A stretch of DNA of 64,000 nt from Propionibacteriaceae bacterium (lineage in GTDB: Bacteria > Actinomycetota > Actinomycetes > Propionibacteriales > Propionibacteriaceae): the NCBI GenBank assembly GCA_039811945.1, contig JBDHZQ010000001.1, forward strand, positions 162 through 64,161. The letters are read 5' to 3'. The translations under genes were made by a program, and so were the position numbers. The notes beneath the pieces were generated by a model. That model did no database searches. It was not told where the DNA came from and was given only the letters and a program-made list of their open reading frames with translations. Positions 1-10,316 of this stretch are shown here, one piece after another. Numbering within the stretch: position 1 is the first letter of the stretch; every line of letters begins with the position of its first letter.

Positions 1-1200
1 GCGATAGGCGGCGTGCGGCCAGTACGTCGTGAACTCGCCCGTCACCTCCTTCACGCCGAGCTTCTGCGCGGCTTCGGTCGTGAACGCGGCTTGGGCGACC
101 GTGGCCTCGACCGTGCCGGTCCGCTCAGCGGCGGGTTTCGGCAGAAGAGGTACGACAGCGGCTGCCAGTTTCTCGGCGGTGATGGTGAGGCCGTCCTTCG
201 ACGGGGTGACGGCGGGCTTGCCGTCGGCCCCGATCGCAATCTTGGCGTCCACCGGCGCGCCGAGCTGGACCGCCGCCATCGCATTGGTTGCGGAACTGAG
301 CAGCTTCGCCGGGTCGACATTGAGCGTGAGGGCCCCGTCCTTGGCGACGAACGTGGTGGCACTGGCGATCGCCTCGGGCGACACCTGGAAACTGCCCTTG
401 CCGGAATCGAGGGCGACGGGCGCCGCCACGGCGGGCTTCGCCAGCTTGGTCAGAGCGTCGTCCGCTTCGGCGGTGGTGATGTCGGGGTGGGCGATGGCAG
501 CCTTGGCCGCGATCGTGGTCTGCTTGAGGTACGACGACACGATCTCCTCGGCGGTCCCCGGCTGGTCGACGGTCACGCCGTCGACGGCTTCGGTCCTGAC
601 CGGCTCCACGCCTTGGTAGGTGATACCGGCGTTGACCGGCGTCGTGTCCAGGGATGCCGCGGCCGTCGTCACCGCCGCCGACAACGCGCTCTGGTCGACC
701 GCTGGGACCGGGTCGACCGTTCCGCCGCCGGTCAAGACTCGCCAGATATGGACCGGCGACCAGCTGCGGCCCACGCCGGTGGCGTCGACGGTCTTCTCCG
801 CGTCGAGCGACAATCCGGCCGATTCAGGCGTGATCGTCGCGCTCTTGGCCTCGACGGTGAGGGTCAGCGGGGCGACAGCCTGGTCGGCCAGACCCGCCTT
901 CACGGCGTCGATCGCGGTGGCTCTCGTCAAGCCGCCGAGCTTGATGTTCGACACCGTCGCGTTGCGCGGCACTGTGTCGCCGGCAGCGACGTACCCGGCT
1001 ACGTAGGCGCCACCGACCAGCACCAACGCTGCGAGGCCGGACACGAGCGGCCAGCGGCGTCGCCGCTTGTCGGCGGGAGGCTCCGGCTGCTGCGCAAGGT
1101 CGTCCGACAGGGTCTCGGGACCTTCGGAGGGCAGGACTAGCGTCTCGTCGGGCCCCCGGGAAGGAGTCGGGACAGGCTTGTCGGATGGGGCGTCGGTCAC
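1..1200 (-). CDS. VanW family protein (N-terminal ~400 aa; 3' end runs off the window)
   Basis: My own minus-strand translation from GTG 1200-1198 (GAGG ~8 nt upstream). Acidic/Pro-rich N-terminus, then KRRRRW plus one TM helix (PLVSGLAALVLVGGAYVAGYV) and long Ala/Val/Thr-rich repeats. It ends KLGVKEVTGEFTTYWPHAAYR, the typical entry into the VanW domain. The ORF is open at the window edge, so it is absent from the track. The + ORFs 13..1140 and 29..619 are its shadows. Confidence 0.7.
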   Translation of the reverse strand, partial: MTDAPSDKPVPTPSRGPDETLVLPSEGPETLSDDLAQQPEPPADKRRRRWPLVSGLAALVLVGGAYVAGYVAAGDTVPRNATVSNIKLGGLTRATAIDAVKAGLADQAVAPLTLTVEAKSATITPESAGLSLDAEKTVDATGVGRSWSPVHIWRVLTGGGTVDPVPAVDQSALSAAVTTAAASLDTTPVNAGITYQGVEPVRTEAVDGVTVDQPGTAEEIVSSYLKQTTIAAKAAIAHPDITTAEADDALTKLAKPAVAAPVALDSGKGSFQVSPEAIASATTFVAKDGALTLNVDPAKLLSSATNAMAAVQLGAPVDAKIAIGADGKPAVTPSKDGLTITAEKLAAAVVPLLPKPAAERTGTVEATVAQAAFTTEAAQKLGVKEVTGEFTTYWPHAAYR

Positions 1201-1340
1201 ACGGCACCTCGTCGGAAAAGTGGGATGAACCCCACCACGGTACCCCGATGATGGACGTTTCAAGAAACTCGCACGGCCATCGCGCGCGGGTCCGGGCCCG
1301 GCCGAGGAAGCCGTACCGGCGCTGCGATCAGGGCGTTCGA

Positions 1341-2345
1341 TCAGGCAAGCACGTCACGAGCAGCCGCGAAATGACAGGCCGACCGATGGCTCGAGACTCC
1401 GTCGGGACGATCGATCAACTCCGGTTCGGACACCGAGCACACGTCCTGGGCCTTCCAGCATCGGGTATGGAACCGGCAGCCGGACGGCGGATTCGCCGGA
1501 CTCGGCACGTCACCGGTCAGCATGATCTGGTCGCGTTTGCCGCGGGTCGTCGGATCGGGTACGGGGACGGCGGACAGGAGCGCTTGGGTGTACGGATGAG
1601 TCGGGTGGCTGTAGATCTGGTCTTCGTCGCCGAGTTCGACGATCTTGCCGAGATACATGACCGCGACCCGATCGGAGATGTGCCGTACCACCGCCAAGTC
1701 GTGGGCGATGAAGACGTACGACAACCCGAGTTCGTTCTGCAACTCCTCCAGGAGGTTGACCACCTGCGCCTGCACGGACACGTCGAGCGCCGAGACCGGC
1801 TCGTCGCAGATCAGCACCTTCGGGTTGAGCGCGATGCCGCGGGCGATGCCGATCCGCTGCCTCTGACCGCCGGAGAACTGGTGTGGGTACCGGTTGATGT
1901 GCTCGGGGTTGAGGCCCACCAGATCGAGGAGTTCCTGGACCCGCTTGCGCCGCCCTTCTTTCGGCACGACGTCGGGATGGATCTCGTACGGCTCGCCGAC
2001 GATGTCGCCCACGGTCTTGCGAGGGTTCAGGGAGGTGTAGGGGTCCTGGAACACGATCTGGATGTCGCGACGCAGACGCCGCATGTCACCGCCTCGTTGG
2101 GCGTACATGTCGATCCCGTCGAAATCGAGCGATCCGGCGGTCGGTTCTTCCAGCCGCATGAGGAGTCGGCCCAGGGTCGACTTGCCGCAACCCGACTCCC
2201 CGACGACCCCGAGCGTTTCGCCCCGCTTGAGCTCGAACGAGACCCCGTCGACCGCTCGGACGTGCCCGACGGTACGGCGCAGCACGCCGCCTTTGATCGG
2301 GTAGTGCTTGACGAGCCCTTCGGCTCGCAGAACGACGTCACTCAC
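1341..2345 (-). CDS. Peptide ABC transporter ATP-binding protein (OppF/DppF-like)
   Basis: 334 aa. Walker [10 protein letters not shown], signature FSGGQRQR, Walker [12 protein letters not shown]. Opp-type C-terminal Cys motif [10 protein letters not shown]. Overlaps the upstream ATPase gene by 8 nt. Confidence 0.93.
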   Translation of the reverse strand: MSDVVLRAEGLVKHYPIKGGVLRRTVGHVRAVDGVSFELKRGETLGVVGESGCGKSTLGRLLMRLEEPTAGSLDFDGIDMYAQRGGDMRRLRRDIQIVFQDPYTSLNPRKTVGDIVGEPYEIHPDVVPKEGRRKRVQELLDLVGLNPEHINRYPHQFSGGQRQRIGIARGIALNPKVLICDEPVSALDVSVQAQVVNLLEELQNELGLSYVFIAHDLAVVRHISDRVAVMYLGKIVELGDEDQIYSHPTHPYTQALLSAVPVPDPTTRGKRDQIMLTGDVPSPANPPSGCRFHTRCWKAQDVCSVSEPELIDRPDGVSSHRSACHFAAARDVLA

Positions 2346-3372
2346 CGGCGAGCACCTCCTGGCTGAAATGACACGCCGCCCAGCGCCGATCGCCGACCTC
2401 GAGCAGGGGCGGGGGTGCGCCCGTACGGCAGACGTCCTGGGCGTAGTGACACCGCGGGTTGAACGGGCACCCCGGTGGGATCCGGGTCAGGTTCGGCGGC
2501 AACCCGCCGATCGCATTGAGCTCGTGCCCCTTCTGGTCCAAGCGCGGAATCGAATCCAGCAAACCTTTCGTGTACGGGTGAGCCGGCTTGCGGTAGAGGT
2601 CGTACACGTCGGCCAGTTCGACGATTCTGCCGGCGTACATAACCGCGATCCGATCGGCGACGTCGGCGACCACACCCAGATCGTGGGTGATCAGGATGAG
2701 TCCCATCTTCCGTTCCGCCTGGAGGTCTTCGAGCAGGCTCATGATCTGGGCCTGGACGGTGACGTCGAGCGCGGTGGTCGGTTCGTCGGCGATGAGGACC
2801 GCCGGGTCGAGCGCGATGGCCATGGCGATCATGATCCGTTGCCGCATCCCGCCGGAAAACTGGTGCGGGTAGTTGTCGACCCGTTCCTTGGCGGCCGGGA
2901 TCTTCACCCGCTGCATGAGCTGAATAGCACGATCCCGGGCGTCGGACTTGTTGAGCCCCCGGTGAACCCGAAACATCTCGGCGATCTGCCACCCAACCGG
3001 GAACACAGGATTCAGCGCACTGAGCGCGTCCTGGAAGATCATCGAGATCTCCGCGCCGCGGATCTTGCGCCGCTGGTCCTCAGGCATCGTCAGCAGTTCC
3101 GTGCCGCAGTAGCGCACGGAGCCGCCCGTGACGTACCCAGGAGGCGTATCGAGGATGCCCATGATGGCCTGGGCGGTCACCGACTTGCCAGATCCGGACT
3201 CACCGAGGATCGCGAGTGTTTCCCCTTGATCCAGCGTGAACGACGCCTTGTTGATCGCTTTGGCCACGCCGTCGCGGGTCCGGAACTCGACCTGCAGGTC
3301 CTCGACCTCCAGGAGTCGGCCGTCGACGGGCTGCCACACGCCGGCGGAGTCCATGATTTCGGTGGTCGTCAT
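2338..3372 (-). CDS. Peptide ABC transporter ATP-binding protein (OppD/DppD-like)
   Basis: 344 aa. Walker A GESGSGKS, signature FSGGMRQR, Walker [13 protein letters not shown]-terminal [10 protein letters not shown]. Confidence 0.93.
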   Translation of the reverse strand: MTTTEIMDSAGVWQPVDGRLLEVEDLQVEFRTRDGVAKAINKASFTLDQGETLAILGESGSGKSVTAQAIMGILDTPPGYVTGGSVRYCGTELLTMPEDQRRKIRGAEISMIFQDALSALNPVFPVGWQIAEMFRVHRGLNKSDARDRAIQLMQRVKIPAAKERVDNYPHQFSGGMRQRIMIAMAIALDPAVLIADEPTTALDVTVQAQIMSLLEDLQAERKMGLILITHDLGVVADVADRIAVMYAGRIVELADVYDLYRKPAHPYTKGLLDSIPRLDQKGHELNAIGGLPPNLTRIPPGCPFNPRCHYAQDVCRTGAPPPLLEVGDRRWAACHFSQEVLAGE

Positions 3373-3373
3373 C

Positions 3374-4342
3374 TCACCGCAGCTTCGGATCGAGAGCGTC
3401 CCGCACGACCTCGCCGAGCATGATGAATGCCAGCACGGTCAGGGACAGGAACAGGGACGGGAACAACAACATGTGCGGTGCGGCGACGATGTAACCGAGG
3501 CCAGACGCCTCCGAGATGGCGATGCCCCAGCTGATGGCGGGAGGTTGTAGGCCGATGCCCAGGAAGGACAGTGTGGCCTCGGCGGCGATGTAGACGCCGA
3601 GGTTGATCGTCGCGACCACAATCACCGGCGCCAGGGCGTTGGGGACGATGTGGCTGACGATGATCCGCGCGGGATTCGCCCCGAGAGCTCGTGCGGCTTG
3701 GACGTACTCGTTCGGCTTGACCTGCAACACGCTCGATCTCATGATCCGGGCCAGGCTGGGCCAGCCGAGCACCGACAGGGCGAACACGACCTTGAGCACG
3801 ACCACCATGTACGGCGTCTGCAGTGTGCTGGGGATCGAGTACATGATCACGATGCCGCCCAGCAACGTCGGGATCGCGAAGAAGATCTCCCCGACTCGGG
3901 ACAGGATCGTGTCCACCCATCCCCCGTAGAAGGCCGAGATCGTGCCGACGATGCCGCCGACCAACGTCGTCACCAGCGTGGTCAGCACCCCGACCAGGAC
4001 CGACGAGCGTGCGCCGTACACCGTCCGGGCGTAGACGTCGCAGCCCTGTAGGTCGAGCCCGAACCAGTGCTGGGCGCTCGGTGGCTGCCGGGAATTGGCC
4101 AGCACGCAGTAGCCGGGATCCTGGTTCGTGAATAGCTGCGGTACCGCGGCCATGAGCAGCACGAGCACGATGAGGACGACCGACACCCAAAACAGTGGGC
4201 GACGACGCATCTCCCCCCAGGCATCGGACCACAGAGACCGTGCCTTGTCCTGCGCGGCGGGGGCAGGTGCGGAAGCGTCCAGGGCCAGCTCGGCCGTCGC
4301 AGAGAGTTCTGCCACCTGAGGTTCGACGGGCCTGTCAGTCAT
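3374..4342 (-). CDS. Peptide ABC transporter permease (OppC/DppC-like)
   Basis: 322 aa, multi-TM. EAA loop EYVQAARALGANPARIIVSHIVPN. Lies 1 nt from the downstream ATPase gene and overlaps the upstream permease gene by 8 nt. Confidence 0.9.
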   Translation of the reverse strand: MTDRPVEPQVAELSATAELALDASAPAPAAQDKARSLWSDAWGEMRRRPLFWVSVVLIVLVLLMAAVPQLFTNQDPGYCVLANSRQPPSAQHWFGLDLQGCDVYARTVYGARSSVLVGVLTTLVTTLVGGIVGTISAFYGGWVDTILSRVGEIFFAIPTLLGGIVIMYSIPSTLQTPYMVVVLKVVFALSVLGWPSLARIMRSSVLQVKPNEYVQAARALGANPARIIVSHIVPNALAPVIVVATINLGVYIAAEATLSFLGIGLQPPAISWGIAISEASGLGYIVAAPHMLLFPSLFLSLTVLAFIMLGEVVRDALDPKLR

Positions 4343-5264
4343 GGCTGATCCTCGGATCGAGTACGCCGTACATCACGTCGACGACGAGGTTGGCCAGCAG
4401 GTAGATCAGGACCAAGACGGTCACGGCTCCGACGACAGACACGCCGTCGAGCTGGTTGATGCTGCGGTAGATGAAGCCGCCGATCCCGTTGATGTTGAAG
4501 ATACGTTCGGTGACGATGGCTCCGCCCATCAGTGAGCCGATGTCGTACCCGATGAAGGTGATGACCGGGATCATCGAGTTTCGCAAGGCGTGGACACCGA
4601 TGGTACGGGCCGCGCTCAACCCTTTCGCCTTCGCTGTCCGGACGTAGTCCGCGCGAAGGTTCTCGACCAGGTTGGTCCGAGTCAGACGCGCCGAGTAGGC
4701 CACCGACAGCGAGCCCAGCACCATGCCGGGTACGAGCAACTGTTGCCAGGTCCCTTGACTGGCTGTCACCGGGAAGATGCTGTTGAGGTCGAACTTCAGA
4801 ATGCCGAACTGGGCCATCGAACCGATGACGAACACGGGAATCGAGATGACCACCAGGGTCGCTACCGTCACGAGCGAGTCGATGAAGGTTCCACGGCGGA
4901 TACCCGCCACGAGGCCAGCGCCGATGCCAATGACGATCTGGAACAGCAGGGCCAAAATGGCCAACTTGATCGTGGTCGGGTACCGAGCGGCCAGTTCGTC
5001 GACCACTCGGTTGTTGTAGAAGTTGGTGCCCAAGTCTCCTTGGACGAGCCGGAGGAGGTAGAAGCCGTACTGCACCGGCAGCGATTCGTCCAGGTGGTAG
5101 TCCTGCTTGAACTTCGCGATGTAGGCGTCCGAACACGGCCGTTCACCGCATCGGCCTTCCCACGGCTCGCCGGGGAGCGCATACACGAGCGAGAAGATCA
5201 AGAACGTCGCCCCGATGATCACGGGGATCATCTGGAGCAGGCGTCTGACGATGTACGTACCCAC
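4335..5264 (-). CDS. Peptide ABC transporter permease (OppB/DppB-like)
   Basis: The ORF track gives 4335..5285. I prefer the GTG at 5264 (VGTYIVRRLLQMIP), which sits 7 nt after AAGGAGG. EAA loop DYVRTAKAKGLSAARTIGVHALRN. Confidence 0.9.
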   Translation of the reverse strand: MGTYIVRRLLQMIPVIIGATFLIFSLVYALPGEPWEGRCGERPCSDAYIAKFKQDYHLDESLPVQYGFYLLRLVQGDLGTNFYNNRVVDELAARYPTTIKLAILALLFQIVIGIGAGLVAGIRRGTFIDSLVTVATLVVISIPVFVIGSMAQFGILKFDLNSIFPVTASQGTWQQLLVPGMVLGSLSVAYSARLTRTNLVENLRADYVRTAKAKGLSAARTIGVHALRNSMIPVITFIGYDIGSLMGGAIVTERIFNINGIGGFIYRSINQLDGVSVVGAVTVLVLIYLLANLVVDVMYGVLDPRISHD

Positions 5265-5333
5265 GCGACCACCTCCTTGTGACACCGCTACGGCGGCACC
5301 CGGACGAACCGGGTGCCGCCGCGCGTGCTCAAA

Positions 5334-7004
5334 CTACTTGACGCTGATGCTCGACATGTCCAAGACGCCGAACGCGTTGACCTGGACGTTCGTCACCTTG
5401 TTGGACCACGCAGCAGGCTGAGTGCGGTACCACAGAGGAGCCGTCGGGAAGTCGTTGGCGAGAATCGCCTCGGCATCCTGGTACAGCTTGTTGGCCTGAG
5501 CCAGATCCTTGGCCGCGGCCGCTTCCTTCAACTTCGCCTCGAACGCGGGGCTGTCGTACTTGGAGTAGTTCGAGCCTGCACCCTTGGCGTAGATCGGGGT
5601 CAGGAAGTTCTCGATGGACGGGTAGTCCATCTGCCAGCCGTTCCGGAAGGCGCCCTTGAGCTCGCCGGCCTTGGCGCGGTTCAACAACGTGCGGAAGTCC
5701 GGCGTGGTCTGCGCGACGCAATCCATGCCGAGGTCGTTCTTGAGGTTGTTGCAGACTGCGTCAGCCCACGGCTTGTGACCGCCGTCCTGGTTGACCGTCA
5801 GGGTGAAGGTGCCCTTGTAACCGCCGGCCGCGTCGTATGCCGTCTTGGCCTTCGCCTTGTCGTACGTGCACGGATCGCCGCACTGGCCCGCCTTGTAGCC
5901 GTCGACGACCGGGGAGACCCAGCCGGTCGCGGGGGTACGGGTGCCGTTGTAGATCTGCTTCGTGATCGTCGCACGATCGATCGACTCCGAGATCGCCTTG
6001 CGGAGCGCAGGGTTCTTGTTGAGTTGCTCATCGGCCGGCGAGAAGGTCATGACCTCGATCACGCCGGCTTCGCGAACGACCGTCCGGTCGGCGCCCAACT
6101 GGGCCTTCCACGCGTCACCGACCAACTGGTCAGGCGGGATCACGTCGGTGAAGTCGATGTTGTTGGCGACGACATCGGTGAAGGCCGCTGCCGGGTCGTT
6201 GTAGATGCGGTACGTGACCTTGTCGACGTGCCCCTTGTTGGCGCCCGTGTATTCGGTGTTCTTTTCGAGCACGATCTCCGTCGCCGTGTTCGACGTCACC
6301 TTGTACGGGCCGCTCGACAATGGCATCTTGCCGTAGTCGGCGTTGGCCGGGTCGGCGAGGTACTTGTCCGAACCAGGAGCGAACGCGGAGTAACCCAGCC
6401 GAACGGGCAGGTTCGACGTCGGCTCGGTCGTCTTGACCGTGAAGGTGTAGTCGTCGACCACCTTGAGACCGGTCATGGTCTTCGCGGCGGGGGCGTGACC
6501 TGTGCAGTCGGTCTTGCCATCCGCGCCAGAGCCACACTGCAAGGCGTCATAACCCTCGATCGGCTCGAAGAAGTAGCTGCCCTCGTGGCCGTTGGGGCCG
6601 TACGCCCCCACGTTCCACGCGTCCACGAAGTTCTTGGCCTTGATCTCGCTGCCGTCGGAGAACTTGTGGCCCTTCTTCAGGGTCACCGTGAAGGTGATGG
6701 AGTCGTCGGTCTTGATGGAGTCGGCCAGGTCGTTCTCAGGAGCGGCAGTCTTCGAGTTGTAGTGGACCAGCTTCGACGTCGTCCAGTCGATGACGTTGCC
6801 GCCACACACCTCACCGGTCATCGAACCGATCAGGGGGTTCTGCGGCGTGCACCCACGGATGATGATGGCGCCGCCATCTTTACCGGCTGCGGTCGCGCCA
6901 CCCGTGGCGCCGGACGTAGTAGTACCGCTACTCCCGCACGCGCTGGCCACGAGGGCGAACGCGACGAGTGAGGCGGCGGCCAGGGGGCGAGTCTTTGCCC
7001 GCAT
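5334..7004 (-). CDS. ABC transporter substrate-binding lipoprotein, family 5 (peptide/nickel type)
   Basis: The ORF track gives 5334..7100. The internal ATG at 7004 is preceded by AAGGAGG and yields a lipoprotein signal, MRAKTRPLAAASLVAFALVASAC. Length and composition are typical of Opp/Dpp binding proteins. It is the first gene of the 5-gene importer operon. Confidence 0.9.
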   Translation of the reverse strand: MRAKTRPLAAASLVAFALVASACGSSGTTTSGATGGATAAGKDGGAIIIRGCTPQNPLIGSMTGEVCGGNVIDWTTSKLVHYNSKTAAPENDLADSIKTDDSITFTVTLKKGHKFSDGSEIKAKNFVDAWNVGAYGPNGHEGSYFFEPIEGYDALQCGSGADGKTDCTGHAPAAKTMTGLKVVDDYTFTVKTTEPTSNLPVRLGYSAFAPGSDKYLADPANADYGKMPLSSGPYKVTSNTATEIVLEKNTEYTGANKGHVDKVTYRIYNDPAAAFTDVVANNIDFTDVIPPDQLVGDAWKAQLGADRTVVREAGVIEVMTFSPADEQLNKNPALRKAISESIDRATITKQIYNGTRTPATGWVSPVVDGYKAGQCGDPCTYDKAKAKTAYDAAGGYKGTFTLTVNQDGGHKPWADAVCNNLKNDLGMDCVAQTTPDFRTLLNRAKAGELKGAFRNGWQMDYPSIENFLTPIYAKGAGSNYSKYDSPAFEAKLKEAAAAKDLAQANKLYQDAEAILANDFPTAPLWYRTQPAAWSNKVTNVQVNAFGVLDMSSISVK

Positions 7005-7241
7005 AGATGAGCCTCCTTGGTTGGGCAAGGTGCCCGTACGGCATTGCACGGGCAGGTCGGGGTGTTCCCCGAGCGATGGCGCCCAACCTATTGCTGTCAA
7101 GCGATTTCAGCCACGGCCCCCGCGCTATGACGGGAAATCGTTGTTCAGCCGTTACCTGACCACACCTGCCGTGTGAGGAGGGGCCCGAGCTTGGACCCAG
7201 GTCTGACGCGCCGCCGTCGACGGAGGGGCAGACTTGCCATC

Positions 7242-8162
7242 GTGGCTCGCTCGGAACTTGTGGTCGACGTCCGCGGCCTGCTTAAGGTGTACGGCTCCCG
7301 CGGTTCGTACCACCGCGCGCTCGACGGGCTCGACCTGGTCGTGCCGTACGGGGGCGTCCATGCGTTTCTGGGTCCCAACGGCTCGGGCAAGACGACCACC
7401 ATCCGGATCCTGCTCGGTCTGACCAGGGCTGACGGCGGCAGCGTGGCGCTGATGGGCGCGTCCGTGCCCGCCGGACTCAGCTCGGTCATGAGTCAGGTCG
7501 GCGCGATCGTCGAATCGCCGCGGTTCTTCGGCGGATTCACCGCCCGGCAGACGCTCGGCCTGCTCGCCGACGCCGCTGGAGCGCCGCGAGCGCGTGTCGA
7601 CGAGTCCCTCGACCGGGTCGGCCTGCTCGACCGTGGCAACGACCGGGTGAGCGACTACTCGCTCGGGATGCGACAACGCCTCGCGATCGCCACGACGCTG
7701 CTCAAGAACCCTCGCCTGTTCGTCTTCGACGAGCCCACCAACGGTCTCGATCCCGAAGGGATTCACGAGGTACGGCAGACCATCCGTCGGCTCGGCGACG
7801 AGGGACACACCGTGCTCCTGTCGAGCCACCTGCTGAGCGAGGTCGAGCATCTGGCCCACCGGGTCACCGTGATCTCCCACGGCCGTGCCGTACGTTCCGG
7901 TGCGCTCTGCGATCTCCTCGTCGGTGATCCGGGCATCTCCGTCGACATCGCGCAGGTCGACCACGCGACGGCCGCACTCGTCGCCGCCGGTTTCGCCGTC
8001 CGACGCTCGGGCCCCCGCTCCCTCGTCGCGACCGGCCCGGAGGCAAGCGCCCCATCGGTGGGGCGAGCACTCGCCACCCACGACCTGTGGCCTGACTCGA
8101 TCGGCCCGCACAGACCCGACCTGGAACAGGCCTACCTTTCGTTGACAGGAGCCGACCGATGA
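7242..8162 (+). CDS. ABC transporter ATP-binding protein (ABC-2 exporter type)
   Basis: Walker A GPNGSGKTT, signature YSLGMRQRL, Walker B LFVFDEPTNGLD. The GTG at 7242 follows GGAGGGG; the track start at 7173 is probably too long. Confidence 0.9.
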   Translation: MARSELVVDVRGLLKVYGSRGSYHRALDGLDLVVPYGGVHAFLGPNGSGKTTTIRILLGLTRADGGSVALMGASVPAGLSSVMSQVGAIVESPRFFGGFTARQTLGLLADAAGAPRARVDESLDRVGLLDRGNDRVSDYSLGMRQRLAIATTLLKNPRLFVFDEPTNGLDPEGIHEVRQTIRRLGDEGHTVLLSSHLLSEVEHLAHRVTVISHGRAVRSGALCDLLVGDPGISVDIAQVDHATAALVAAGFAVRRSGPRSLVATGPEASAPSVGRALATHDLWPDSIGPHRPDLEQAYLSLTGADR

Positions 8163-8986
8163 CCACGACCACCACGTGGCGACCACCCACCCACGCGCCG
8201 ACCGCGTCGTACGGAGCGCTGGTCACCATCGAGATCCGGCGCTACGCGATGCGGAGGCTTCCCCGAGCGGCGCTGGCCAGTCTTGGGGCGCTGACCCTGG
8301 CGGTGTGGTTCCTGATCAGTCCGAGGTTCGTCATGAGCGTGGGCTCCCAGGCCGACACGGCGGAGATGCTCGGCGCCCCCGTCATCGCCATGACCGTACT
8401 GATGATGCTGCTGCTCTATGCGACGGCAGCCACGTTCATCGGCGCTGACAGTTCCAGCGGCGCGCTCTCCCAGTGGCTCACCTTCGCCCCCGATCGCACG
8501 AAGGTGTTCTGGTCCAAGGCGACGGCCGTCGCGGTCTGTTCGGTGATCGTGGCCGGTGCGGTGCTGGCACTCACGATGGTCGTGGCCTTTGCCACGTTCG
8601 TGGCCTCGGGCGTCCACGTGCCGAGCATCCTGACAGCGCTGCCGTACGCAGCCCGCGGCCTCGTCGCCTGCGTGCTCGCGGCCCTGGGTGGGTACGCCGT
8701 GTCCGCCGCGTTCGGACGTACGGCAGCGGCACCCCTCGCCATCGCCGTGTACGTCGCCCTGTTCGTGACCCGGAACGTCTTGTTCAGCGCAGGGTGGGAG
8801 TACGACTGGCGCTTCGGCCCGGCGGTCTCGCTGATGGCATTCCTGCTCGGAGGGACGTGGGTCACCCAGCACCCGTTCCACCAGGCGTACGTCACCTGGC
8901 AGCAGGGCGCAGCGATCCTGGCCCTGCTCGTCGCGACCGCGCTGCTCGCTTCGTGGGCCTGGTTCTGTCGCCGAGATCACGACTAA
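8159..8986 (+). CDS. ABC-2 family transporter permease
   Basis: 275 aa with about 6 hydrophobic helices. A 4-nt ATGA overlap couples it to the preceding ATPase gene. Confidence 0.75.
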   Translation: MTTTTTWRPPTHAPTASYGALVTIEIRRYAMRRLPRAALASLGALTLAVWFLISPRFVMSVGSQADTAEMLGAPVIAMTVLMMLLLYATAATFIGADSSSGALSQWLTFAPDRTKVFWSKATAVAVCSVIVAGAVLALTMVVAFATFVASGVHVPSILTALPYAARGLVACVLAALGGYAVSAAFGRTAAAPLAIAVYVALFVTRNVLFSAGWEYDWRFGPAVSLMAFLLGGTWVTQHPFHQAYVTWQQGAAILALLVATALLASWAWFCRRDHD

Positions 8987-9082
8987 CCCCGCCCGACGGC
9001 CGGCCCGACTCTGCGGCCACGACTGGCGCCGGTCATCCCCTTCAGGCCGCACTGTGCAGGTGAGGCGTCCTAGCATGCAGCC

Positions 9083-10306
9083 GTGACCTTGTCGCTTTCC
9101 ATCCCCGAGCAGGACCTGGTGCGCTGGTTCGAGCGGCGAGGTCTGGGACTGTTCCTCAGAGACACCGGGATCGGCGGCGGGACGAGCACCAGGGCCGCGC
9201 CCGCCCTGGTCGTGGAGTTCGTGCTGGCGATGCTGCTCGTGATCCCAGCCGCGACAGAGGCGACCCTCGTGGGGGTCCTGCCGATCTGTCTGGCCGTACT
9301 GGCGCTGGTCTGGGTCGGCGGAAACCTGCTGCGCAGGAAACCACCGCTCGCCCCCATCAGCCGAATCGGACCGCTCGAGGTCGTCGCCTTCGTCGTCGCG
9401 CCGATCGTGGCGATGGGGCTGGTCCCCCAGCAGCCGATCGTGCTCGAGGGTTTCGAGATCTCGACGCTGGAGCTTCGGTTGTCGTCGATAGCCGTAGTCG
9501 GGGTGCTGCAGGCCGTCGTGCTCGCTGTGGTCTGGGTGATCGTGGCGAACGGGATCGACTCGCTGTCGATCTACCTGTTCAGGCACCTCTGGCGAACGCT
9601 CGGCAACGCCGCCACAGCCCTGGCGACCACGTTGCCGGTGCTGCTCGGTGTCGTGTTCTTCTTCTTCCTCAACCCCGGGGTCTGGGTCTCCATCGGCCGA
9701 CTGCCGCCGGTGCCGTACTCCACCGTGTGCGCGCTGCTGCTGGTGCTCGCGGCCCTGTTCCTCGGCAGCCGCAGCCAACTCGACCTCGATCCGCTGACCC
9801 GCTTCGACACCGCCGACGACCTGAGATCCGCGCTGGTCGGGACACCACTCGAGGATCGTCCGGTCGAGCTGACCGAACCGGTCGTCGTACCCCTCGAGCG
9901 TCGCCAGCGGCTCAATGCCCGGGCGGTCGGGGTGATCAGCCGAATGGTGGTGGGTACCGTGATCGCGTTGGGCGTCTTCTGCTTCTTCGTCGTGCTCGGC
10001 TACCTGGCCGTGGACGAGGACACCGTCAAGGGCTGGACTCGAGTCGACCCCCACGTGCTGCTTCGGTTCACGACGCGCGCCCACGCCTACATCTTGTCGA
10101 CCGAGCACCTCCGGATCGCCGGCTTCCTGGCCTGCTTTGCCGCGCTGAACTTCTCGCTGGCCTCGGCGACCGACGCGCGCCTTCGCCACGGCGCGCAGGG
10201 AGCCGCCGAAGACGTCATCAGGCAGGCAGCGGGAGTCAGATTGTGGCTGCTCTCAGCCCGCGAGAACGCGGGCCCGCGGCTGGCGGCTGACCTGCCACCG
10301 ACGTAG
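9083..10306 (+). CDS. Integral membrane protein, function unknown
   Basis: 407 aa. Many hydrophobic helices, high GC3, and no catalytic motif that I recognise. Confidence 0.6.
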   Translation: MTLSLSIPEQDLVRWFERRGLGLFLRDTGIGGGTSTRAAPALVVEFVLAMLLVIPAATEATLVGVLPICLAVLALVWVGGNLLRRKPPLAPISRIGPLEVVAFVVAPIVAMGLVPQQPIVLEGFEISTLELRLSSIAVVGVLQAVVLAVVWVIVANGIDSLSIYLFRHLWRTLGNAATALATTLPVLLGVVFFFFLNPGVWVSIGRLPPVPYSTVCALLLVLAALFLGSRSQLDLDPLTRFDTADDLRSALVGTPLEDRPVELTEPVVVPLERRQRLNARAVGVISRMVVGTVIALGVFCFFVVLGYLAVDEDTVKGWTRVDPHVLLRFTTRAHAYILSTEHLRIAGFLACFAALNFSLASATDARLRHGAQGAAEDVIRQAAGVRLWLLSARENAGPRLAADLPPT

Positions 10307-10316
10307 CGTCTCCCCC

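Noticed and set aside
13-1140. Long + strand ORFs (375 aa and 196 aa) at the left edge
   Set aside because: Their composition is Arg/Gly/Asp-rich or low-complexity Ala/Ser. They are antisense to a clean VanW-family reading frame with proper GC3 bias and an RBS, so they are shadow ORFs.
7005-7241. 237-bp divergent intergenic region between the peptide importer and the ABC-2 exporter, examined for a small RNA, tRNA or riboswitch
   Set aside because: No stable extended hairpins, conserved motifs or repeats were recognised by eye. It is presumably just two divergent promoters.
8132-10189. 685-aa minus-strand ORF. Similar very long antisense ORFs occur at 5313..6971 (+), 14589..16184 (+), 27386..29104 (+), 35541..37334 (+), 45857..47587 (-) and 50271..52007 (-).
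   Set aside because: All are extremely Arg/Gly/His/Asp/Pro-rich with no motifs. Each lies opposite a confidently identified gene (ABC-2 permease, SBP, pntA, sppA, serA/serC, sirA, sulfatase). These are typical high-GC frame artefacts.
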